From contig NC_068987.1 of the NCBI RefSeq assembly GCF_001194135.2, positions 59,344,351 to 59,377,964 of the forward strand: a DNA stretch of 33,614 nucleotides, written 5' to 3'. The DNA is from Octopus bimaculoides (lineage: Eukaryota). The position numbers and the translations under genes are program-made. A model generated the notes under the pieces. That model was not told where the DNA came from and ran no database searches. It saw nothing but the letters and a program-made list of their open reading frames with translations. Positions 1-11,300 of the stretch are shown here, in pieces; the first letter of the stretch is position 1, and each line of letters opens with the position of its first letter.

Positions 1-45
<45 letters not shown>

Positions 46-57
46 GTATGTGTGTGT
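1..57. repeat. (TG)n microsatellite
   Basis: Near-perfect TG run at the window start. Confidence 0.97.
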
Positions 58-354
58 ATTTATGTATGTAAGTATGATGCTTAATCATTACTGAAGCTTT
101 GGAAATTGCTGAAATTTCGTTTTCATGTATTATGTTGCAAACAAGTCAACGTAGTGAAGTACTTTATCAAGATATTGATTACATAATTACAATAAGTAAG
201 TGAAAAACCATGGACTTGCCTTAGGTTCACAACAGTTGGTGGAACTACAGGAGTGCCATCGGGATGGTATGTCTTCGGTTCCTTAACTTAGTGGATTCCG
301 TTCTTTTCTCAGCGGTTACAGCAGATATCTTCGAGAAAAAGGTAGAAAACTCAT

Positions 355-500
355 CCCCAGTACTGGACAGGTACTTTATTTATCGATCTGAAAAAGGGTG
401 GTAGATCAAAGTTTGCCTCAGTTAGATTTGGATTCAAAGCACAGGGAGACAGAACAAATATTTCAAAGCATTCTATTCGACGCTCTTATGACAGCGAACT
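355..500 (-). mobile_element. Highly decayed tRNA-derived SINE (family C, as at 15411-15627)
   Basis: ccccagtactgg..aggtactttatttatcgatctgaaa..caaagtt..cctc..atttggattcaaa aligns loosely with the better copy at 15411-15627. Confidence 0.45.
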
Positions 501-995
501 TACAATCTTTGTTTAAGGTGAAATATATAAAGGTGAATGCCAAGTAATGTTCGGAAGAATTTTAAAAGAAGAGTTTAGTTCTGGCTTCATGGTGCTAGAA
601 ATCAATAATGGACAAATTACCTCAGTGACTGGTCTCTGGTTGGCAACGTTCCTAAAGAATCTGATACGTATCAGCAATGGATAATGTTAACTGCGACATT
701 ATGGAATAAGCTGTTTGATAAGATGCATTGTTAAACGGATTCAACAGATTTTGAACACTCGAACTGTGAGCAGGTAGTCGAATGCCAAACCCACTCGGTT
801 ATTTAGCCTTTCAGTGTCGAAATCTTGACTCACTGAGAACTCATGACGCCATCATTTTACTCTGTGTAGTTGACATTATTATACACGGTTAACTACCGAC
901 TTTTATTAATATTTCTTTTCTTTTCTTTTGCTATTTTTGTAACTATTTGGGTGGTCCTCATTCTACAATATGAAGGATATATATATATATATATA

Positions 996-1061
996 NNNNN
1001 NNNNNNNNNNNNNNNNNNNNNNNNNNNNNNNNNNNNNNNNNNNNNNNNNNNNNNNNNNNNN
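996..1061. other. Assembly gap (N run); others at 7436-7710, 17601-18122, 18960-19863, 20924-21329
   Basis: N runs seen directly; several abut (TA)n tracts. Confidence 0.99.
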
Positions 1062-2010
1062 CTTCCGATCTTATTTACACACAATCTATAACACCGTTCA
1101 ATTTAATTTTATACACCATGTTTGTAAAAATCTGTAGAGATTTTTTCGTTTATTACTTTTGGGAACAATAAAAACAAAAAGCCTGGAACTGAAATTTTTT
1201 CACCATTCATATAGCCTAAGATGTAATGTCAGTAAATGAATATTAAGATCTGAAACCTTTAAAATATCCATCTTTGCAAATTTTATATATTAAATTTAGT
1301 GAAGTTACAGAAAATGACCCACATCTATTCAAAAACAAAATACACATGGTTTCAAATTTACACACACATACACTTTACACAGGCGTATGCACCCACGTAC
1401 ATACGGACATATATGAGTATCACAATTCTCATTCATTTTAACAAGCCCATTGTAAATAGTATATTTTTTTTTTAATTTGCTCTGGAGGAAGGGGTTGTGT
1501 CCATGGCCTTAGCAGACCCTCCGGGACCAGTGAGATTGATAAAATTAACTGAAAGTGTTGCAAATCAACAGCTGCATAAAAACATATGCAAGGAGGGGAT
1601 TCCAGAACGCCAACGTTCTGAGAAGGAAACAACTGAGCGTAGTGAATAATACGGCACCTAGGTAGGGGAGCTGGATACAATATGGGTGGCGAGAAAATGA
1701 AAGACGACCGAGTTATTGGGAATGGAAAGGGGGACTGAGATCAACCTGCGCCAAAGAGCAATGGCCATGTTCTAGCGGTAGAAAACAGAGAGAAGAGACA
1801 AAATGTCTATGAGACAAACGTTGGCTAACACCAAGATTAAATTTATTATGTGATAACTGTAGTCGAATGACTCAAGATAACTATATTATTTTATCGGTCC
1901 TGTTGGGGTGGAAAGTAAGCTAATCAGGAAAATATTGTAATGGCTGTGAAGTGAAGAATTTCACCTCATAAGCAAATAGATTCAAGATCAATTCTACTGC
2001 GTGGGATTTT

Positions 2011-2279
2011 ATATACATGCATACATACATACATACATACATACATGTGTGTGTGTGTGGGTGTGTGTGTGTGGGTGTGTGTGTGGGTGTGGGTGTGTGT
2101 GTAAGATCCAGGGATCGAGGTGTAGGAAGAAAGTTAGATTCAAACAATCCGTAGTGAATGTAAAAAAACAACTTTCAGGGACAATAGTGGTTTATTGAGA
2201 CGGAAACCTGTAGATTTTCTTCGTATCGAAGACAGATAAGCTGAAAAAAATATATATAAAAGTATATATATATATATAT

Positions 2280-2317
<38 letters not shown>

Positions 2318-2345
2318 GCATACGTGCGCGCGCGCGTATGTTGAG
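2011..2345. repeat. Compound microsatellites (TACA)n, (TG)n/(TGGG), (TA)n, (CA)n, (CG)n
   Basis: Direct reading; similar tracts at 3080-3190, 10283-10560, 16460-16737, 20327-20390, 21580-21635, 23100-23225, 25930-26362, 29810-29950. Confidence 0.95.
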
Positions 2346-2619
2346 TATATGAGTGTGCGTGTGCGAACTCTTGGCTTAGCATGGTATTTGCGTTTAAGCA
2401 TGACATTAAATCATCATCAAAACTGACTGCAATTTAACCAGTCTATAAATACATATCAATGAAATACATACCAGGCTGATATAAATACCTATAGTCGTTA
2501 AGGTTAGCTTGACAAGTGTGCAGTCCAATGATTGGAACCGGAAAAAAACAATAAAAGAATAAAGAACTTAGAAAGTTGGAGAACTGACACAGAAATGCTA
2601 TTGTGAATTTAGACCAGCA

Positions 2620-2800
2620 CTCAACGTCGAGCACCTGTAGCTAAATCTGCCCTAAATCTTAACTTCCTGTCTTAAAAATGGAAAACCCCAGAATAAGCTG
2701 GCTCTGTGGGAACTACAGTTAAAACAAGGACAAGATGGTTACATCTGGACAAATTTTGATCATGGATTTATTCGATCATTGCTGATCTAGTGTTAAACAA
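2620..2800 (+). mobile_element. Decayed SINE-like repeat (family F); opposite-strand relative at 12030-12210
   Basis: gctaaatctgccctaaatc..ctgtcttaaaaa..gatcat..tcgatca..gctgatct..gttaaacaa is loosely the reverse complement of 12030-12210. Confidence 0.4.
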
Positions 2801-3505
2801 TTGCACAAAGCTAATTCGGTACAGAGGTGAGTGTTTTCATTTATTTTTTTCAAGAGATACAATATAGTGTATTGTATATATATATATCATATATATCAAT
2901 GTTTGAGTGCGTGTGTGTGTGTTAATACTTTTTTGAAGTATTGTTGTTTGCAAGTGGAAATCGAAACCGTCTAACGGTAGTTACTTACAGTAAGCATATC
3001 TTTTTACACTACGTCGCTCACAACAAGTTGTTCTACATACTGATTATATTGTTGCTTGTTTGGTATGAAAGTGAGAACATATGTGTGTATGTGTGTGTGT
3101 GTGTGTGTGGATGTATATACATACATACATACATACACACATACATACATACATACATACAGACATACATACACATATACATACATATACATTGTTACAT
3201 GCATATATGAATACAAGCAAATGCAGACACACACTCTCACGCACACATATGAAAAGCTAGTTGAGACCAACTCAAGAGGGGGTTAAATCTTGAAAATAAT
3301 ATCATTATTTAATACATCAAAACAAATGTTATTCGTTACGTTTCCGAGCTTTTCAAACGAATGCATTATTAATTAAGCAAAATTAATGCGTACTTACATA
3401 CATTCATTCACCAAAATATGATAACCAATGCAGACTTTGTGGAGTTAATACCGAAGATTCAGCCACATCATAAGCAGTTGTCCAAAAATGTCATTGCGGT
3501 ATTAT

Positions 3506-4930
3506 CTACCAATGAGACATGATGCTGTAGCCAGGACACTGTATAATGAGATCTGTCGGAAGGATAACCCTAGGCCAAAGAAATATAAAGTGATAGACTG
3601 GTAGAAGCCACTTGACTCCTAAGATACGTCTGAAGCACTTTTGATGAAATCTCCCCAGCATTTTTATGTGACGCTTGTAAATGGTCCATATCTTACTTGA
3701 ATAAAGAAGTGCAGACAATACACACGCTTTATAGACACTGATTTTTGTCTGCAGGTAAATACCTCTATCCACCCATACTCACTTTTCTAGCTTTCCAATT
3801 GCAACACTTCCCTTCTCTATTTGATAGAATATATCTGCATCAAGACAACCATCTCTTGATAGTGTGCTTCCTAGGTAAACAAAGGTATCAACAACTTCTA
3901 ACCTTGTTCCATTCACAAAAATATTTGGTTCAGAATGTTTGTCCTGGCACGGGAGTAAACATTACTTTGGTTTTCCCCAAACTAATTGTGAGTTCGAAAT
4001 GTACACATGCAGTGGAAAATCTGTCCATTAAATGTTGCATATCCCCCTCTGTGTATACCAACAAATCATCAGCATAAAGTAATTCTCTAAGAAGTATTTT
4101 GAAAGTCTTTGTTTTGCAGTTAAACCGGGTCAAATTAAAAATACGACCAGATGTCCGAAATCTAATTCCGATTCCCTTGTTGCATTCCTTGAAAGCATAC
4201 CAAAGTAATGCAGCAAAATAAATAGAGAAAAGTGTAGGGGCAGAAATGTCTCCCTGTTTGACACCGCTGTCCGCTGAAAATTCATGAGATAGCTCACAGT
4301 TAAAGACTACCTGAGCTTTCATATTTCTGTGTAGTTCCTTAAAAATGCTCACAAAATGTGTTGGACAACCAAGTTTACACAAATCAATCCACAGTGCCTC
4401 CCTGTTTACCGTGTGTCAAATGCCTTAGTTAAATCTATGAAGACCTGGTATAGTGGCATTTGCTCCTCTAAGCGTTTCTCTTGAACCTCCCTCACACAAA
4501 GTGTCATGTCCATTGGTCCTCGCTCAGGTCTAAAACCACACTTCTTCAGGAATTACATGTGGACATACATTCTCAACAAGACGATCTAACATGATCCTTG
4601 AATGCATCTTCCCGGTATGTGCCAGAAGAGTTATCCCTCTAGAATTACCACACATTGCTTTCGGGCCCTTACCCTTGTATACAGAGATTAAAATGCTATT
4701 TATCCATTCTTGTGATACAGAAGATTCATTCCAAACTCGACTTATCAGGTTATGAATTTAAGATGAAATATAATCCCCACTTGCTTTCAGAATTTCAACT
4801 GGAATACCATCCAATCCAAGATCTTTACCTTATCTCAGTTTACCTAATGCCAGATTTACTTCTTCAATGGAAAGTGTATCATCCATGTGTTGCACTATCT
4901 CTCTTTGCGGAATGTTGCTTATGATATCCA
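3506..4930 (-). pseudogene. RTE LINE reverse transcriptase and thumb region, frameshifted
   Basis: ORF pieces 3930-4382 (QGD, YADD) and 3506-3772; the intervening sequence encodes RGITLL..PEE..GFRPERG..DMT..VREVQEK..DL+KAFD across frames. Confidence 0.92.
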
Positions 4931-5340
4931 TGTTCACTACAGACGGATTGTGGAAAATATCTGCAAAGTGTTCTCACTATTCATTACTCCAGGAAGATCT
5001 TTAATAACCTCATTTCCATCTTTCGACTTCAAGTGAACATATGATGATGAAGATTGCGGTCCTAAAGCTTGCCGCAATAAACTATAGAAACTTTTAATGT
5101 CTTTCCTGTCATAGGCTGATTGTACTTCCCCAGACAAATTTCTCCACCAAGTATCTTTAATCCTCCTGAGTTCTTTTTGAAAGTCTGTTTTCTGAAACTT
5201 GTACAACTTTTCTAGTTGCACTTTGTTCTTAACGTTTGGGTCAAGATGCTTTTCATGGGTGGACCTCTTTGTTGCTAAATGCTCATTTATCACTGTATCA
5301 TTAGAATCAAACCAGTCTCGGTGTTGTCTCCTCATAAAAA

Positions 5341-6330
5341 CTAATACCTTTGATCCCATTTTATATATTCCATCATGGAAAGATCGCTGCGTCTCTTCTG
5401 AAACAACTGCAAAACTTGTGGTTGTTTTAGCTGCTCAACATGAATTTTCTTTGGTACTCGTACACCTGTACTACGAATCTTCTTACGGACCCTGAACTTG
5501 AACTTGGCCCTAAATATTTTGTGATCAGTATCACAATCAGCACTTCGCAATACTCTTAGATAGCACAAATCTTGTAAGTTAGCTTTCCGAGTTAATACAA
5601 AGTCAATCATGTGACCTTGCTTTGATCTTGGGTGAATCCAGGTAACTTTATGTTTCATTATACGATGAAAGAAAGTATTCCCAACAATCAATCCTAGCTC
5701 AGAGCACATTTGTAGCAGATGCAATCCATTGTTGTTCACCTTTCCTATTACATAACGCCCAAGTGCATTCCAAGCACCATAGTCTCTACCAACACATGCA
5801 TTAAAGTCACCAAGCACAATCAACTTCTCATTCAAAAGAACTGACAGAATACTTCTTCTAAGCTCTTCATAAAATGTATGGATATTTTCCTCACTAGCTG
5901 AAAGTGTAGGAGCATAACTAGAGAAAACAGTTACATAACGCCCACAAGGAGGGATCCGGATTTTCATTATGCGTGTATTTATACTTTGTGGTTGTTCTAG
6001 GTCTTTTAGCAAATCACTTCTAATTGCATACTCAACACCACCTTCCCTTTTCTCTCCCTTCGGCTTCCCAACCTAGAATAATGTGAAACCTGCCGCTCTT
6101 TCGACAAGATGATCTTCATCTGAACATCTTGTTTCAGAAAGAACTGCAATATCAACATTAAGACGCCTTAGCTTCTTAGTTACTGGAGCTGTTCTTCTTT
6201 CAGGCCTTTCTGCTCGATCTAAAAGAGTTCTCACATTCCAACAGGCCAGGTTAAGAGAAACCTTATTCCTTGAATATTTGTTATCATTGTATATATCAAT
6301 TCTTTGTTCATTCCTGCTAAATTGAACCAC
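5341..6330 (-). pseudogene. RTE LINE apurinic-like endonuclease domain, disrupted
   Basis: ORF pieces 6073-6330 and 5341-6012 contain the conserved APE motifs WNV, ETR, YAPT, GDFN, IDF and TDH, separated by a stop or frameshift. Confidence 0.92.
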
Positions 6331-8047
6331 CTTAGCCGCAGTAAACTAACGAGCAGAGAGAGGACAGACAATTTTTAGTGCACCTTTTCTAGCACCTTCC
6401 CAGTATATTCAGGTGAGCAGTGTTCTCCTTAAAAGGGCTGCTCAAACACAGGATTCTTCACTGAAAACAGTTCCTGTCAACGTAAACAATGTTAGCGATG
6501 TTAAGATAAGAACCCTGCCGCCTTATGTGCAGATTTATAACTGTGCTTCCAATCAGTCAAGTCTGCATACGTCGCTACGCCTCTATCGCCTTAGGACTTT
6601 TGAAAAGTGATGATTGTAAGATAATGGTGTTTTGTCGAGGACATCTGTACTTCATTGCATTTCAGTGACAAACGCTTGTGTAACACTTTTACCACTCTCT
6701 GGGTCAAAATAGTAGATTCCAGTGACAAGCAAAGCAAGATGACTAGTTCTAAGTTGACTGCATGCTTTATATCGGAGTACCTTCTCCTAGGATTTTCCTC
6801 AAAAGGATACTGCAAGCCTGCAGTGGTAAGTCAATTTGAATTCAGAGCTTTATTCTCCGATACTGGTTGTTTCAATCAGGGCTTCGTTTCAAAACAGGAG
6901 CCCAGTCTGCCCCGTCAACAGTCATGGCTTTGACAGTGCAGCCAGTTAAGGGACTGTCATTACCATGACCTGGTTTTATGTCAAAGTGTCCCTCTCCTAG
7001 AAGAGTTGCCTTCATCACAGCTAATGGGCCTCATCTGCCCACCCCTCACACACACGGAGAAAAGAAAATATATATAAATTTGCAGTTTTTACAATTTAAA
7101 AATGTTTTTAATCTATAAAAATAAATACATAGATAAATAAATAAATAAATTCACAATTAAAATTATAGATAAAATAAAATAAAAAGATATAAATATATAT
7201 ATATAAAAGATATATAAATATATAAAATGATATATTTAAAGAATCTAAAAAGGTATATAAAAATTTTAAAAAATTACATGTATGTATATATATACACACA
7301 CACAAAAGAACAATATTATCGTTAAAGGTGTGAAATAGCAATGATTTGTTTTTACAACTGATGAGAAAAGAGCATTTCCATGTGAGTGACATCTTCCGTT
7401 CGTTCCTTGCCATGCTTCTGTCTAATTATATATATNNNNNNNNNNNNNNNNNNNNNNNNNNNNNNNNNNNNNNNNNNNNNNNNNNNNNNNNNNNNNNNNN
7501 NNNNNNNNNNNNNNNNNNNNNNNNNNNNNNNNNNNNNNNNNNNNNNNNNNNNNNNNNNNNNNNNNNNNNNNNNNNNNNNNNNNNNNNNNNNNNNNNNNNN
7601 NNNNNNNNNNNNNNNNNNNNNNNNNNNNNNNNNNNNNNNNNNNNNNNNNNNNNNNNNNNNNNNNNNNNNNNNNNNNNNNNNNNNNNNNNNNNNNNNNNNN
7701 NNNNNNNNNNAGGGCGGTCGTTTCTTTTTTCCTGCCAAATAAACACACGCATTATATATTCGTTCTTTGATCTAGTCAGTTTGACTGCCAGCATTTCAAA
7801 AATTGAAGTTTACTGAAAATTTTAAAATTTGGCTCAATAATACATTTGCCCAAACTGAATTGTTAGGGTTGTTTCACTTTTTCCTGAAAAATGTTTTTAA
7901 AAGTTATGGAGGTTTAAAGTTTGATCATTTTCACCCAGTCAGGAAACAGGATTTTTGGAAGCTGTCATTTTGTGCGTGACTATACATTTTGTCGTCAATA
8001 TCCTGAAAATAGCACGTGTTGTCAATATTTGTAAACAACACGTGTTA

Positions 8048-8480
8048 TGCAAATGCGACGAACAACACATTACATGCGATAAACACATTACAATCTTTAA
8101 CAGAAAGATTTAGAAGAATTAGATAAAAGTTCTCCAGTAATTTTCTTTCATGATAATAAATGTTTATGTTAATCTAAATGATTTATCAAAAAAAAAAAAA
8201 TTTATTTAGCTGTTATATTTAGCACACCTCACAACCACCTCAATGCTCAATGACAAAAAGAAACGAGTAAACAAACATTTAAGCGTTCAATGTGCATTTA
8301 ATGCAAATGCGATGAACAACACGTTTCATGCGATAAACACATTACAATCTAAATGTGTTTAATTACAATTTAAATATGCTTAAAAACCAAACATTTAAGC
8401 ATTCAATATGCATTCAATGCAAATGCGATAAACAATACGTTACATGCAATAAACACATTACAATTTTTAACTGGAAGATT
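8048..8480 (+). repeat. Three dispersed imperfect ~55-70 bp direct repeats
   Basis: atgcaaatgcga(c/t)(g/a)aacaa(c/t)ac..catgc(g/a)ataaacacattacaat near 8048, 8301 and 8417. Confidence 0.85.
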
Positions 8481-8992
8481 TCATGTAAATAAATTAAATA
8501 CTACAAATTAAATATTATTAAAAACATTTTGTTGACCAGTTCATAAATTCACATACTCAATTGTCAACAGATAGGTAAACAAGTGGTTTCAATATATTTG
8601 TCAATACGGGCTTTCTTGTAGACAAAAGAGTTCTCATGCTCCGCTTCTTACTATCGAAACAGGTATGAATGTGGCTAAAATTACCAAAATTTTCAAACTT
8701 TAATTACTAATAAGTTTTTATTTATTGATTTATAGCAAAAATGTATCATTACACTGAATATGAAATCAATTCAGTCAGAATTGATGCTGGCAGCCAAACC
8801 GACTAGACCCGTTCTTCACTCGTTTATTATTGGTCTAATTTTATCTTATGTCCATTGTCTGGAAATCTTTCGTCAAACACTTGTGACTTATTCAGCGACT
8901 CTTCCAACCCACGTGTCTCCTGTTTTGTTTAGTCCACAATTTCACATCAGGAATCTTGCAAAACATTCATAAACGTGTGTATATATATATAT

Positions 8993-9475
8993 AAGATAAA
9001 CTTACTTGGAAATGGATGCATGGCGTTCAATCATATATATATATATATATATATGTAATAATAATATAGATTTAATCAAAAGATTAAATGTGGTACTTAA
9101 AATGTTTGAGGTACCAGAATTTGGTAGGATTAAAACCAAAAACAAAATCAAGAGATTTGGTGAATAAAATTTGAAGTTAAGCAACAAAAATTCAATAGGT
9201 TATAGCAGTACGTACGTTTCGTACAAGCTCCATTTATTCATGTAGTGAGAACACCACAGAAAATACAATGAAAATATACTCCTCAGCTGCATAATGGAAT
9301 TTCATTTTAGAAAGTCATTTTGAAGATGTTTGCAAAAAACAAGAGTAAGAGAAGAAGACACATCTTGACTATACTGCTGTTTCACTACATGTTCTCACTA
9401 CATGAATAAATGGAGCTTGTACGAAACGTACTGCTATAACCTATTGAATTTTCGTTGCTTATCTTCAAATTTTAT
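8993..9475. mobile_element. (TA)n-embedded non-autonomous palindromic element, probably Penelope-like-derived
   Basis: Inverted arms 9165-9253 and 9390-9474 differ by 2 substitutions and one 4-nt indel. Flanked by (TA)n on both sides. Begins with a 39-nt module shared with 16740-16778. Contains a hammerhead motif. Confidence 0.7.
9200..9294 (-). ncRNA. Type I minimal hammerhead ribozyme motif with intact core and enlarged stem II
   Basis: Minus RNA reads UUAUGCAG-CUGAGGA-GUA-(53 nt)-UAC-GAAA-C-GUAC-G-UA-CUGC(U)AUAA. All core positions match C3-U4-G5-A6-N7-G8-A9, G10.1-C11.1, G12-A13-A14, A15.1-U16.1 and H17=A. Stem III is the palindrome ACGUACGU. Confidence 0.8.
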
Positions 9476-9529
9476 ATATATGTATATATATATATGTATG
9501 TATGTATGACAGGTTTACACACACACCGA

Positions 9530-9695
9530 TGCGCTCATATGCAGTTTCTGTCAACCAAATTCACTCACAAAGCATTGTTCAGCTCTTAATTATAGTAGAA
9601 GGCACTTACTCAGGGTGCAGCGGCGCAGTAAGATTGAACCCGAAGCCACGTGGTTGTGAAGCGCGCTTCTTAACCACAAAGCCATGCTTGCGTTT
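9530..9695 (-). mobile_element. tRNA-derived SINE family A, decayed head fragment
   Basis: cagtttctgtcaaccaaattcactcacaaagc..atagtagaaggcactt..gaacccgaagccacgtggttg..cttaaccacaaagcca matches the reverse complement of the 18582 and 25048 heads. Confidence 0.8.
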
Positions 9696-9953
9696 ACTGT
9701 TAGGACATTGTAATTCTTTTTTTAAAATTTTGTCAGATGTAGGATTGTGAACCACTTAGTTACCAATGTGAAAAAAAAAAAGACAAGCAAACAAGCAAAC
9801 AAACAAAAAAAAAAAGAAGAAGAGAGAAAGAGTAAGAGAGTCGGAGAGAGATTATAATTGTTTAATAATGTGTACTGACAAGTTAGAGTCAAATTCAGGG
9901 AAATATTTCAGATATTTGCCTTGTATTATAAAGTTTATTTGAAACAAACTTAC

Positions 9954-10087
9954 GAGAAGGATACATATGTTTTATATCACTCAACTGGTCAACGTACTCA
10001 CTGTAGAACTTCCTCAAGTCGCAATGAAGCCAACGTTTGCCGATTACCATAAACACGTGCGGCCAATAATGTTTTGGATCGTTGCCT
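9954..10087 (-). CDS. Candidate internal coding exon of an unidentified host gene (GNDPKHYWPHVFMVIGKRWLHCDLRKFYSEYVDQLSDIKHMYPS)
   Basis: Non-repetitive open 134-nt segment bounded by ctcactcactgtag| and |gtaagt. No homology recognised, and the in-register plus frame is also partly open. Confidence 0.3.
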
Positions 10088-10290
10088 CTACAGTGAGTGA
10101 GTGAGATTAAGCGTGACCAGCACTCCGGGTGTCCTGTAGAAAGAACTCCGACACTAGAAATAAGGGTTCGGTAATGGGATGGTTTTGTTATTTGTTTGTC
10201 CTGTTTTTTGTTATGCTTCACTTTTTTTTCTATTTCTATTTTTATCTGTCCCCGCGAAAGTGATATATGGAGCAGGAAGAATTTGTGTGT

Positions 10291-10328
<38 letters not shown>

Positions 10329-10590
10329 ACGTTCGTACGCACGTACGTATGTTTGTATGTATTCATACACACGTACATATACACACAGATATACACACAC
10401 ATGGAAACGTATACCCATATATAAATGTATATACATATATACACACACACACATATGTATACATGTTGAGAGTGAGAGAGAAAGTGAGAGAGAGAAAGAG
10501 AAAGAGAGAGAGAGAGTGAGAGAAACAGGGAGAGAAAGAGAGAGGGTGAGAGAGAGAGAAAGATGTGTCTGAATGTATGTAAATGTTCTG

Positions 10591-10936
10591 TCTCTTTTAC
10601 TCTTTTACTTGTTTCAGTCTTTTGACTGTGGCCATGCTGGAGCACCGCCTTTAGTCGAGCAAATCGACCCCAGGACTTATTCTTTGGAAGCCTAGTACTT
10701 ATTCTTTCGGTCTCTTTTGCCGAACCGCTAAGTTACGGGGACATAAACACACCAGCATCGGTTGTCAAGCGATGTTGAGGGGACAAACACAGACATACAA
10801 ACACATACACACATACATATATATACATATATATACATATATACGACAGGCTTCTTTCAGTTTCCGTCTACCAAATCCACTCACAAGGCATTGGTCGGCC
10901 CGAGGCTATAGTAGAAGACACTTGCCCAAGATGCCA
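10591..10936 (-). mobile_element. SINE family A, 5'-truncated, with internal (TA/CA) microsatellite and AAAAGAGT-repeat tail
   Basis: High identity to the reverse complement of 25100-25481 (gcggtgctccagcatggcc, ggttcggcaaaagagaccga, ggaaactgaaagaagcc). Confidence 0.93.
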
Positions 10937-11300
10937 TATATTTCTGGGCAGATACGTGTGTATATTTGTGCGCCAAGTGTGTGTGTGTGTGAGGGTGTAC
11001 CTGTGTGTCTGTGTGTATCTCTCTTACATTCTAAATGAATAGATTTTCTTCGACAAAGTGTGACAGCCCATGCCGAAGACAAATAACAAATACTCTTCAC
11101 ATGGCTCTTCCTAATCCTTCTTTCCAAAATAACAATGTAGTCAACTACGCTATTTGACATAACAGAACAATTAACTCAGCTTACCGGGCAATCAATATAT
11201 CATAGTTGTTGCTTAAGGCACCTAGCTGGCAGAATCGTTAGCACGTCCGTTTTTACGTTCTGAGTTCAAATTCCGCCGTAGCCGACTTTGCCTTTCATCC

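Larger units (their letters stand above)
3480..7045 (-). mobile_element. Near-full-length decayed RTE-clade (RTE/BovB-like) LINE with 5' UTR
   Basis: Minus-strand frames give an APE endonuclease (LNLACWNVRTLLD, DIAVLSETR, SSYAPTL, LIVLGDFNA, IDFVL, DCDTDHK), an RT domain (GVKQGD, ELLYADD, FELTISLGKTKVM) and an RTE-type C-terminus (KACVLSALLYSSKIW..RFHQKCFRRILGVKW). The 5' region carries ctaggagaagg..ctctgaattcaaa-type motifs. Confidence 0.93.

Noticed and set aside
6921-7030. Strict HDV-like ribozyme
   Set aside because: A P1-like helix exists, but P3, L3, P1.1 and J4/2 consensus could not be placed; kept only as generic structure.
7358-7380. CUGAUGA followed by a 4-bp hairpin (GAAA/UUUC)
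   Set aside because: No GAAA after stem II and no stem I partner or cleavage triplet before the gap.
8048-8480. CRISPR-like repeat-spacer array
   Set aside because: Only three imperfect repeats with irregular spacing, in eukaryotic DNA with no cas genes.
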